A program made the position numbers and the translations under genes. From contig NC_043006.1 of assembly GCF_006345805.1 (NCBI RefSeq), forward strand, positions 39,060,001 to 39,124,000: a stretch of DNA of 64,000 bases, in the 5' to 3' direction. This document shows positions 37,701 to 48,885 of this stretch, one piece after another (within the stretch, counting starts at the first letter, position 1; each line of letters opens with the position of its first letter). The notes under the pieces were generated by a model. The model did not search any database. It saw nothing but the letters and a program-made list of their open reading frames with translations, and had not been told where the DNA came from. The stretch comes from Octopus sinensis. Lineage: Eukaryota.

Positions 37701-38319
37701 TTATGTGGACGGGCTCACTGCAGCTTCAACATGAGGACCTAACACCCTTTTTAGGACTTTGTGCATTTTAATGCACTTGGTACACACTGTAAAAAGATGA
37801 TGTTAATAAGGGTAAGACATAGTTCTGACCATATCTAGGAGGGCAGTACCTCTAAATAAAACCTGTTTCAAAAACATGATCACCCATCCAAATCCATGCC
37901 AGCATAAAATCAAAATCTTAGTGAGGATCTAGAGGAAACCTTCAAAGCAATAGTTTTTAATTGGGGCCGATATAAGATTTGTTGGTGTCCACTCTAACAA
38001 TATAGTAAATTGGGGACACACAGTAATATATTAGGGAGCCATGAAATATATTTGTTTTTGATGTAATCTATTGCAAGAGACAGCTTGGTTTCTTTCTGTA
38101 ACATTTTACATCAGCCAACCTACACAAATTAAAGTGTGAATAACAAAATAGGAATTTTGAATGAATGATCTATATATAGTTTTTAAACATCAATTGGTTA
38201 TGGGGAGCCACCAGAATAGAATAGTCGAAGGGTTCCAGATGTAGTAAAAATTGCAGACTGATAGCTGCAGAAATAAAAAAAAAAAAGAACTGACAGACCA
38301 GACAGCAATTTGTCCCTGT

Positions 38320-38630
38320 TTGTTTTTGTATCAACAATAAAGAAAGACTTCCAGAAGCACAACAGCTAAGCCTAGAGTGCCTGTAACAAGCATCATAACA
38401 TCTGGCAATCATGTTTCGCTATGTCAACAAGGTTGGCCCTCTCCAGAGTAATGTGAAAAGCATTCTTGTCTATGGAGCAAAAGTAAGAACTTTGAAGGAG
38501 GACCTTGGTGGTGTGTACACCAGGTTTCATGAAGGCTCAGAACATATTATGGCCTAAGCACAAGACACGGATTCATGAGCATATTCCATATCCATCACTA
38601 CTATTGGTAGGCATTGATGGTCATTACTGT
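38320..38630 (+). pseudogene. RTE-clade LINE C-terminal fragment
   Basis: Frameshifted remnants resembling KDF..RK.LAW.ACNK..IW.S, SNVKSILVYGA, L.G.YTR, QNI.W.K, GHYC. Confidence 0.55.
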
Positions 38631-39284
38631 TGTTGTGCTGAATGCCAGGTCAAACTGGATGTTACATTTTGGAAAATTCTGACTCCTAACAGAGAATGTA
38701 AACCAATCAACACTATTGATATTATTGGCAGAGGAATTTGACAAAACTATCAACAAAAGTAAAGAGGGAACAAAGATTCTCGACATGAAATGATAAAATG
38801 TATCTTGGTTACAGCCTCTTGATCTTGGAATTTTGTTGGAAATTCTAATGTGCTAGACAGTCCAGTGCCTTTCTACACATAAATCACAGAAATACTGATG
38901 TGATTGAACCATAGACATTTTGGTCAGTATGCCCACTTCCTATGTACCCTCACCAATCATGTCAGTCCTTTAACGGGAGCGTTTCCATGTGTGTCCAACT
39001 GACTAGTTAACAACCAAAAGCATGCTTAAACAAACAGCACCTTACCATCTTTTAAAAAAGGGTAAGCATTGGGTTAGGTAGTCTTAGATAAGAATATAAT
39101 TCGGAAAAAGGCAGGATAGTCATATATGGAATACTTTTGACTCTAGGTCTTTGATGACTGCAAGAGCTGCATACAGGAGCTTCAACATAGCTTTATTTTG
39201 TCTTTATTCTCACTTCAAGATAACTCCCACGTGAAGCTCAATTGCTGAAGCTTCCAACCCATTTAGTCAAAGTATTGGTATCTT

Positions 39285-39350
39285 GTGATTGTATTGTCAC
39301 AGCAGATGATGTTGCTGTTGTTGCTGAATCACCTGGGGAGTTAATTACTT
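39285..39350 (+). pseudogene. Short LINE RT remnant
   Basis: TADDVAVVAESPGEL resembles the YADD..L.A.S..EL motif. Confidence 0.4.
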
Positions 39351-39586
39351 TCAGTTCTCTGCTGTGTGATACTGTTGTCTCTGCCAGTACACTTGAAGCA
39401 CTGACTGGTCCTGAAGTTCACAGGTCAAAGTTGGAGACATCAACTGCTCTTCAGGTTTAACAATTACACAAATGGGAAACTATTTAATGGGCAGAGATTT
39501 GTGCCACCAAGAACATGGAAGCAGGGAAAACAACTCCAGTGTTAATTGTCCAGCTATCTACGTAGCTTTCTAGTAATGAAAAAGGA

Positions 39587-39813
39587 TTAACCCTTTAGTG
39601 TTCAGATTATTCAATCAAACCTAATGCCTATTGATTCCCACTGATTTGAATTAATCGTGCATTATCTCAAATTTTCAAGATCTTGATGGTGTAATTACTG
39701 AACGTAGTATAACATTGTAGGGCAGGTGTGAGAGCCTGGATCTGGTCAGTTTGAACATAAAACAGATTAGCTATTTTGGCCGGATATGGCCGGTTTAAAT
39801 ACTAAAGGGTTAA
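39587..39813. mobile_element. piggyBac-type MITE (TTAA TSD)
   Basis: TTAA-CCCTTTAGTGTTCA ... TTAAATACTAAAGGG-TTAA. Confidence 0.85.
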
Positions 39814-40278
39814 ATTAGTGTTTGGAAGTGATTGGGAGCCAACAATAGTTGCATAGAAGTTCCAATATGCCGCCCTTGCATTTAGATCCATTGAAGAATA
39901 CAACAGTCTTCTCCTGCATGAGGGCCAGCTGGATAGGCTGAAAAGTTCATAGTCTGACTGTGAAGGAGTGATGCTAGAGCTGTGAAATCTTACATTAATT
40001 TCAACCCCTGTAATTAATAACTGTTTTGTTTGTTTCTTTCCATACAAATACTCCTATTTATATGTATTTCAATTCCTCAGATAATGAACGGTGTGCTTAT
40101 TGAACAGGGCACCAGAACGGATCATTCATATAAAAAGAACCCAGAGATTCCATAGTAATTGAAACCCAAAATAAAACTTTACAAAATATTGTTGCAAATT
40201 AATAAAATTGAGTGGCAAACCTGTTCAAGTAAGAACACCAATTCTTTTTCAACATTCACTGATTCAAAAACAGTTTTT

Positions 40279-40312
40279 ACTCACCTGTAAATAGAAAAGA
40301 AAGAGAAACATT
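40279..40312 (-). other. Juxtaposed 3' splice site and 5' splice site (candidate recursive splice site)
   Basis: The minus strand reads AATGTTTCTCTTTCTTTTCTATTTACAG|GTGAGTAAAA. Confidence 0.45.
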
Positions 40313-40391
40313 ATAGAAAAGATTTATATATACAGTTTATGATACGCATATACTTTACTATAGATAAATGGTCTGATATTTCTTAAACATG

Positions 40392-40438
<47 letters not shown>

Positions 40439-40614
40439 ATATACATACATATATACATACACACACACCACATATATATACACACGCCCGCACATATATA
40501 TATATACATACACACATTATATATACATACACACACATATATATATACCATACTATATATATATAATATATACACACACACACACATATATTATATCGAC
40601 ACACACATATATAT

Positions 40615-40848
40615 ATATTTCTTTACTACCCACAAGGGGCTAAACACAGAGGGGACAAACAAGGACAGACAAAGGATTAAGTCGATTACATCGACCCCAG
40701 TGCGTAACTGGACTTAATTTATCGACCCCGAAAGGATGAAAGGCAAGTCGATCTCGGCAGAATTTGAACTCGGAACGTAACGACAGATGAAATACGGCTA
40801 CGAATTTCGCCCGGCGTGCCAACGTTTCTACCAGCTCGCCGCCTTATG
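40615..40848 (-). mobile_element. Full-length Meta-like SINE (subfamily A), young
   Basis: Near-identical to 32735-32982. Confidence 0.9.
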
Positions 40849-40904
40849 ACATATATATCGACACACACACACACGCATATATATATACACACACACACAC
40901 ACAT

Positions 40905-41310
40905 ATACTCTTTATTCTTTTACTTGTTTCAGTCATTTGACTGTGGCCATGCTGGAGCACCGCCTTTAGTCGAGGAAATCAACCTTAGGACTTATTCTTT
41001 GTAAGCCGAGTACTTATTTTATCGGTCACTTTTTGCCGAACCGCTATGCTCAAATGGTGTTTTTTATGTGCCACCAGCACAGGAGCCAGTCCAGTGGCAC
41101 TGGCATCGACCTCACTCGAATGTTGCTTTTCACAAGCCACCAGCACAAGTGCCAGTAAGGTGACACTGGTAATGATCATGCTTGAATGGTGGCTTTTATG
41201 TGCCACTGGCACCGGAGCCAGTCAGCAGCCCTAGCAATGATCACGCTTGGATGGTGCTTTAACATTCCACTGGCATGGGTGCCAGTCAGGTGGTGCTGTC
41301 ATCAGCCATG
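40905..41310 (-). mobile_element. CORE-like SINE 3' part abutting a ~65-bp tandem array of the RTE-tailed element
   Basis: SINE tail at 40905-41045; about four array units at 41046-41310. Confidence 0.7.
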
Positions 41311-41391
41311 TCAGGGAATTTGATTTTGATTGTGATTTTCATTCTTTGGAGAATTTTGTTTGTACCAGAGGGGGAAATAATCTTTTGCTGT

Positions 41392-41447
<56 letters not shown>

Positions 41448-42059
41448 ATGTGTATATATATATATATATATAAATATAAATATATGTGTGTGTGTGTGCG
41501 TGTATAATAGAAATATGTTACAAAAACAAAATAGAAACAACACGTGGAAATGCAAGGGGAAAGTAAGAAGAAAAATAAGTGAAAATGCACTTTGGAAATC
41601 AAAAAAGTAAAGGCTTTTTATGAAAAGTAACAATAGATATATACAATTAGATGAACTGAGGTAGGAATACAAATAATAAAAGTCATTATTGTGAATTTTT
41701 ACAGAGATTCAAAAGCATACTGGTTTCGTGAATTTACTAATCACAATTTGAATGCACAAATTTGGAACAGTTATTTTAAAAAAGAACACAAACACACACA
41801 CACATGTGTGTGTTCTTTTTTTAAATAACTGTTCCAAATTTCTCATTATGTTTATTTAATGCTAAGTGGTCTTAGACAAAATATAGCCTTTTGTTTCTGC
41901 AAAATTCAACTCTCTTGACAGTCAGGGTAGAGGCGGGGGAAAAATAATTGCTATTTATAAAACTTTTGTTCACAACAGTTATGTTTAATTAGAAACGTTG
42001 CTCTATTTTGTTCCATTCTTTTGTTTATATCTATTTATTATTATATTATTGTTGTCATT

Positions 42060-42410
42060 AACATTATTTTTTAAAATTATCATTATCATTATTGTTATTA
42101 TTATTATTTTTAGCATTGAGTCCAGTGTTTAATATTAGTCTACCTATTATTATTATTATTATTATCATCATCATCATTATTATTATTATCATCATCATCA
42201 TTATATTATTATTAAAATTTCTGGCTTTGTACCTACAGTAGAAAGGATTGTTATTGTTGTTGTTGTCTTTGTCATTGTTATTATCACTATTAATATTGTT
42301 ATCGCTATACAATTATTATTATTATTTTTATTATTATTATTATTATTACTATAATTATTATTATTGATATTACTATATTATTATTATTGATATTACTATT
42401 ATTATATTAC

Positions 42411-42452
<42 letters not shown>

Positions 42453-42822
42453 TATTACTATTATTATTATTGATATTATTATTTTTAATATCATTATTGA
42501 TATTAGTATTTTTAATATTATTATTGATATTAGTATTTTTAATATTATTATTATTATCATCATCATCATTATCATCATTACTTTCATTATTATTATTATT
42601 ATCATTATTATTATTACTACTACTACTACTAATGCTATTATTATTAATATTAATATCATTACTGTTAATATTTATTACTATCATTATTATCATCATCATC
42701 ATTATTATCATTATCATCATCATTATTATCATTATCATCATCATTATTATTATCATTATTATCATTATCATCATCATTATTATTATTATTATTATTATTA
42801 TTGTTATCATTATTATTGGTGT
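42060..42822. repeat. Degenerate (ATT)/(ATC)/(GTT) trinucleotide field
   Basis: Direct periodicity. Confidence 0.92.
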
Positions 42823-43277
42823 TGTTTCTTCTATTGATGAAGTTAATTCATTGATTATTTTGATGCTCATTTTTCTTTGTGTTCAATTTTTTTTTTACTC
42901 GTGTTTTTTTTCTTCTTCTTCTTCTTCTTCGGTTCAATTTCTCTTCTATTTCATTTCAGTGGGATCACAGAGGTGCCACCGGTTGGAGGTGGGGTTGGGG
43001 TGGTTGGGTTGAAGGAGAATAGGAAGGAGTGGTGGTCACACGTTAATAAACCTGCTTGATTGCATAGAGACAAGTGTGATGTGCGGACTGGATGGGTGGG
43101 GTGGGGGTGGGCACCAGTTAATTTACGACCAATGAATGTCAAGCTTTGTGTTGTTTCCAGCCATTGAGAATTCTGTGTTTTGCAGGTTCTCTCACAATAG
43201 GAAGGGGATTGTTTGGTTTCAAATGAAATTATATGACAGCAAACAGTGGGGACGTCTCTGACAAACGCTAATGTCTG

Positions 43278-44035
43278 CGATGATGATGATGATGAGGATG
43301 ATGGTGATGATCATGGTGTTGATGGTGATGATGATGATGATGATGCTGATGGTGATGATGAGGATGATGGTGATGATGATGGTGTTGATGGTGATGGTGA
43401 TGATGATGACAACAACAATGATGATTGTGATGGTGCTGATGATGATGGTGATGATGATGATGATGGTGATGATGGTGATGATGATGATGATGGTGATGAT
43501 GGTGATGATTGTGATGGTAGTGATGGCGATGATGATGATAATTATGGTGATGCAGCTGTTGTTAATGATGATGATGATGATGGGAATGTTGCAGGTGGTG
43601 AGGATGTTGATGAAGTTGATGATGATGATGATGGTGATGGTGATGATACAGCTGGTGTTAATAATGAAGATGATGAAGACAGAAATGATGCTGCTACTGA
43701 TTGTGATAATGGTGATGCTGCTACTGCTGCCGATGATGACGATGATGATGATGTTGCTGGTCTCAATGATATTGACAATGAAGACGATGAGGATGATGAT
43801 GATGATAATGATGATAACATCAACAGCAAAGAATATGACGACAACAACAACAACAGTGAAAGCAGTCTTGGTGATGATGATGATGATAAAGATAATGATG
43901 TTGACACTGATGATGATGATGATGATGATGGTAATCCTGATGCTGGTGATGGTATAGATGCAGATGCTGATGGTAGTGATGATGAATCTGATGATGACGA
44001 TTACAACAATGATGATGATGATGGGAATCTGCATG
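43278..44035. repeat. Degenerate (GAT)n tract (~750 bp)
   Basis: In-phase GAT with GGT, GCT, GTT and AAT variants. Confidence 0.9.
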
Positions 44036-44203
44036 TTTATGTACTTTTAACGTATGAATTATTAAATTTATTAAATTTGTTCACATTGAAAATAAACTGA
44101 TCTGACAATTATAGTCATAGGCAGTCATACAAGAACAAGCCACAAGCTATGCTAAGATCACTATATACATAAAATGAATATATTTATACATATACATGCT
44201 CAG

Positions 44204-44400
44204 ACACACACACACACACACACAAACATATGCACATATACACGTGTGTATATGGGAAACAGTTATCTTTTAAACATTCAAGTTTTCAATACACACACAC
44301 ACACACACACACAAACATATGCACATATACACGTGTGTATATGGGAAACAGTTATCTTTTAAACATTCAAGTTTTCAATACACACACACACACACACACA
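44204..44400. repeat. Exact 87/89-bp tandem duplication bounded by (CA)n
   Basis: (CA)n-AACATATGCACATATACACGTGTGTATATGGGAAACAGTTATCTTTTAAACATTCAAGTTTTCAAT occurs twice. Confidence 0.9.
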
Positions 44401-44499
44401 GACATATATATATATATATATATGTTAATAAAATAGATTATATGCATATATATAAACATATATGTACGTACCTACCTCTACATGTACATATACACGCAT

Positions 44500-45990
44500 A
44501 TATTGTACAGGACACCAAAAAGACGTCGAACACATAGAGAGACGAAACACATAGACACAAACCAAAGAACAAGACAAGCAAAAAAAAGGGAGAGATACAG
44601 GACATAAGCACAACGAAAAAATCCCCTTCTTCAGTCGCTAAGATTTCATCTACTAAACGTTTCGAAGGATAAAAGCGAGACGTATACTCGAAGAAAAATT
44701 CCTTCCCGCGAAAAGCAAATCAATTAAAATTCTGAGATCTTTTCGCAGAGGGGTAAAAAAAAAAGGCAAGACAGTAACGACAGTACAAACATATAAAAGT
44801 AAAAAATATATATAAACAGTGGAAAAATAAATATATAACAGTGAGAGACAAGACAAGGAGAACAAGATAAGAAGGGCTGTTAACGCCAGACGAAAAAAGT
44901 ATTGTAAACGCTGGATTATCGTGGAAGACAGAGAGGGAAATTTTGTCAACCAGAAGCCTTGCAAGGCGGGAGAGAAAAGACAGGATAGCAGTTACGACGG
45001 AAGTATCGTCGCAGATGGATGACGGGAATGGGGGAGGAGGAGCAAGAGGAAGAGAGAGAGAAGAAGGGGAATGGTGCGAGGAGACCATGAAGAATGGTGA
45101 AAGGGAGAGAGAGAATGAAGAATGAGAGAGAGAGGAAGAGACCAGTTAGTGAGGGAAAAAAAAGACGAAAAAAAGGAATGGGAAGAAAGAAAGAAAGATG
45201 CAGAGTCGCGTGAGAGTTAATATCAAGGCTAACTTGATAAACAGAACAATCTTACTTAGTAGGGTGCGTGCGTTTAATCGTATATATGTTAATAAAATAG
45301 AATATATGCATATATATAAATATATGTACGTACCTACATATATATATATATATATATATATGTAAAAAGAAAAAAATATATACAAACTGGGACAAGAACG
45401 TGAAACACCTAGAAGACGACACAAGAACCACAGGACAGGACATTCGAAGCTCTCAGTCATCAGTCAAGAACCGGATCATCTTCGCAATTTTGGCTGATTA
45501 ATCTTGAGATTGCTCCGACCTGGGCAGCCACCAAGGGAAATCTAAGCCAAGCGTATTAGATCCCTTGGAAGAAAGCCTCGAATGTATACAACACAAGGAC
45601 GGAAAACGGACGATGTACACAAATAAAAATGCAAAAATACGTGAAAACAATAAGGAAAGCACGAATAAGAATACAAAAACGTAAAAAAAATAATGGTAAG
45701 AATAAAAACAAAACCAGGACGTAGGACAAAGGTCTTTTGACAGGACAAGTTGAGTTTGGGGCTGGCTTGTAGAGGAGTGCCTTATGGCCACGTATATATA
45801 TATATATATATATATATAGGTAACCTAATATAGAATGATTTTCGTCATTTTTTTCCCATTTGCCTGCGTGGTTTGTTTTCAAGTGCTTTAGTTTTCCTGG
45901 GAACTCCCTTTAAAGTAGAAGGAATAGCTAAGATTTTTTGACTGCTATTTCTAAACTTTGGTGTGTGGTGAAGCAAATCGTTGCTGAACC
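44500..45990. mobile_element. Composite A-rich interspersed repeat, probably Penelope-like
   Basis: CpG-rich, strongly strand-biased sequence with an internal duplication (44445-44515 vs 45290-45345) and a hammerhead-like core at 44621-44670. No ORF; low certainty. Confidence 0.4.
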
Positions 45991-46005
45991 CTAATTATTA
46001 TAGTA

Positions 46006-46032
<27 letters not shown>

Positions 46033-46037
<5 letters not shown>

Positions 46038-46407
46038 ATATAAACGGCAGTTTGTCTGTGCGTGTTTCTGTGTGTCTGTTTGCTTGTACCTTCACCCTGA
46101 CCACGGCTTTCAACCGATTCTGATGAAACTTGACACACACATAGCCCAATGTCATATTCAAAACTAACGCAGCGAAAATTTTGAAAGTTCCCCCCCCAGT
46201 TCTGAAAAAAATCGATAAATTTGACATGGGGTCCAGAATCAGAAACACAAAACTGTCTAGGGGACGCAACTCCACCTTTTTTTAACTAAAAAAAAATTTA
46301 CCATCATTTTTTCCCATTTTTGCTATTTTTTTGGCTATAACTCTCTAAAAATGCTTTATAGTTATTTCCCTTACAAACCTGAGCAACGCCGGGGGCGATA
46401 CTGCTAG
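46033..46407 (+). mobile_element. Non-autonomous Helitron
   Basis: 5' A|TC start; 3' end GAGCAACGCCGGGGGCGATACTG-CTAG|T with a CGCC/GGCG subterminal hairpin; no TSD; inserted in a TA tract. Confidence 0.72.
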
Positions 46408-46428
46408 TATATATATATATATATATAT

Positions 46429-46498
<70 letters not shown>

Positions 46499-46604
46499 TA
46501 GATAGATAGATTAGACAGACAGACAGACAGACAAGAGTTTTTCAGCAATTATCAAGTCTGCCACATGGGAATGCTGGTAGTTGTCCCCACCTTGAATGAG
46601 AATG

Positions 46605-46883
46605 TGTGTAAGGAAAATAAGACAAGGTAGAAAATGCTAAAATAATTTTATCATGAAACACATTTTGTAATGGTTATATATACGACAAGCTTCTTTCAAT
46701 TTATGTCTACCCAATCCATCCACAAGGCTTTGGCCAAGCTGGGCCTTGGGCAAGCCAAAGCCTTGTGGATGGATCAGGTAGGCATAAATTGAAAAAAGCT
46801 TTTCGTATATATAACAGTTACAAAATATATTTCATGATAAAATTATTTTAGCATTTTCTACCTTGTCTTATTTTCCTTATACA
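46605..46883. repeat. Composite palindrome (~130-bp arms)
   Basis: GTGTAAGGAAAATAAGACAAGGTAGAAAATGCTAAAATAATTTTATCATGAAA...CACAAGGCTTTGGC is mirrored by GCCAAAGCCTTGTG...TTTCATGATAAAATTATTTTAGCATTTTCTACCTTGTCTTATTTTCCTTATAC. Confidence 0.88.
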
Positions 46884-47223
46884 TATCAATGCATGTGTTA
46901 CTTTTCAACCTTCTACACACACACACTCATACATACATGTATATATACATTGCCTCATGGAAGCAATGACAAGAGACCAAGACCTTTGACGATATGTTGT
47001 GATTGAGAAGACCTGTCAAGCCAGGTGAGATCATATTCATGGCTGACCCTGATGTCACATAACTGGCACCCATGTGCTGGCACGTAAAAAGCACCCATTA
47101 CACTCTCAGAATGATTGGCATTAGGAAGGGCATCCACTCATAGAAACCATGCTCAATCGCATTGGAACCTGGTGCAGTTCTCCAGCTTACCAGTTCTGTC
47201 AACATATATATATATGTACATAT

Positions 47224-47395
47224 AGGCATAGGAGTGGCTGTGTGGCAAGTAGCTTGTTTACCAACCACATGGTTCCGGGTTCAGTCCCACTGCATGGCAC
47301 CTTGGGCAAGTGTCTTCTACTATAGCCTCGGGCCGACCAAAGCCTTGTGAGTGGATTTGGTAGACGGAAACTGAAAGAAGCCCGTCGTATATATG

Positions 47396-47426
<31 letters not shown>

Positions 47427-47640
47427 ATGTTTGTGTGTCTGTGTTTGTTCCCCCAACATCACTTGACAACTGATGCTGGTATGTTTACATCACCGTAACT
47501 TAGCGGTTCAGCGAAAGAGACCGATAGAATAAGTACTGGGCTTACAAAGAATAAATCCTGGGGTCGATTTGCTCGATTAAAGGTGGTGCTCCAGCATGGC
47601 CACAGTCAAATGACTGAAACAAGTAAAAGAGTAAAAGAGA
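47224..47640 (+). mobile_element. Full-length young CORE-like tRNA SINE
   Basis: A box TGGCTGTGTGG, B box GGTTCAGTCCC, core CACCTTGGGCAAGTGTCTTCTACTATAGCC (resembles the CORE domain), internal (TG)n, tail (GTAAAAGA)n. Confidence 0.9.
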
Positions 47641-47798
47641 GAGAGAAAGTATATATATATATATATATGAGAGGTATTGGAATTCAGAAGACCCAAGGTG
47701 GCAGGTAAGCCTATGTAAGTGCTATGGAAGGACTGTAGTTAAGCTTTTGGTTTGATAATGATACAAGTGAGGAGTGGGTCTTGTGTGAGCGTGTATAT

Positions 47799-48078
47799 GT
47801 TAAATAAAATGAGACAACAAAACCAAGGGTGTGTGGAGTTATCAGAACATTTATAAAGAGAAAGTTAGTCTTACAGCTGTTTCTGGGATATTTGCTTCCT
47901 TTTTGAAAATAACTCCTCATATTGAACTCTAATATTTCCCTCTATTTAACCATCACACATTGTCTCAGATGATGGGATATTCCTAATATCCCAGAAACAA
48001 CTGTAAGACTAACTTTCTCTTTATAAATGTCCTGAAAATTCCACACAGCCTTGGCTTTGTTGTCTCATTTTATTTAAC
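47799..48078. mobile_element. Penelope-like terminal repeat in inverted arrangement, with hammerhead fold
   Basis: 47799-47894 is the reverse complement of 47984-48078. The right copy includes a type I hammerhead fold at 47962-48009. Confidence 0.7.
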
Positions 48079-48424
48079 ACGTACACACACACCACACACA
48101 CCACACACACCACATATATATATATATATGTGTGTGTGTGTGTATGTGTTTATATATGTGTGTGTATATATGTGTGTGTATATATATGCTTGTGTATATG
48201 TGTGTGTGTATTTGTGTGTGTATATGTGTGTGTATGTGTGTGTGTATGTATGTATTATGTACATATGATGGGCTTCTTTCAGTTTCCATGTACCAAATCC
48301 ACTCACAAGACTTTGGTTGGCTTGTGACTATTGTAGAAGACACTTGCCCAAACTGCCCTGAAGTGGGAATGAACCTGGAACCATGTAGTTGGGAAGCAAG
48401 CTCTTGCCACCTGCGCCTATGAAG

Positions 48425-48885
48425 AATGAAGGTGAAGAAGGTAATTATGATAATGCTCCTGATGATGATGGTAGTGGAGATGGTGGTGGCGAAGGTAACA
48501 ATGATGGTGATGACGACGACAACAACGATGATGATGATGATAATAGTGGTCGCCATGATGAAGGTGGGGCTCACAATGACAGTAGTAAGGATTGATTCAA
48601 CGATGACGATGAATATCATGATGATGATGATGATGGCAGTGGCGATGCAGGTGACAATAATGCTGATGACGAGGATAATGAAGGTGATGACAATGATGAT
48701 GATGATGATGATGATAATGAAAATGGCGATGACTATAACGATGATGATTAGGATGATGATAATGATGGTGGTGATGATGATGATGACAACGATGGCATGG
48801 CAGTTACAACAACGACGATGATGAGCATGATGATGATGACGGCAACGACAACGATTCATGGTGATGATGATGATGATGATGATTA
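48425..48885. repeat. Degenerate (GAT)n tract
   Basis: Direct periodicity. Confidence 0.85.

Noticed and set aside
43246-44100. 284-aa Asp-rich ORF resembling acidic biomineralisation proteins
   Set aside because: An in-phase (GAT)n tract is stop-free in the GAT and ATG frames by construction. The start is GTG, there is no signal peptide or splice context, and similar tracts occur at 48425 and 54150 and as retroelement tails.
45440-45515. CTGATGA motif on the minus strand as another hammerhead
   Set aside because: I could not build a consistent stem II followed by GAAA with stems I and III.
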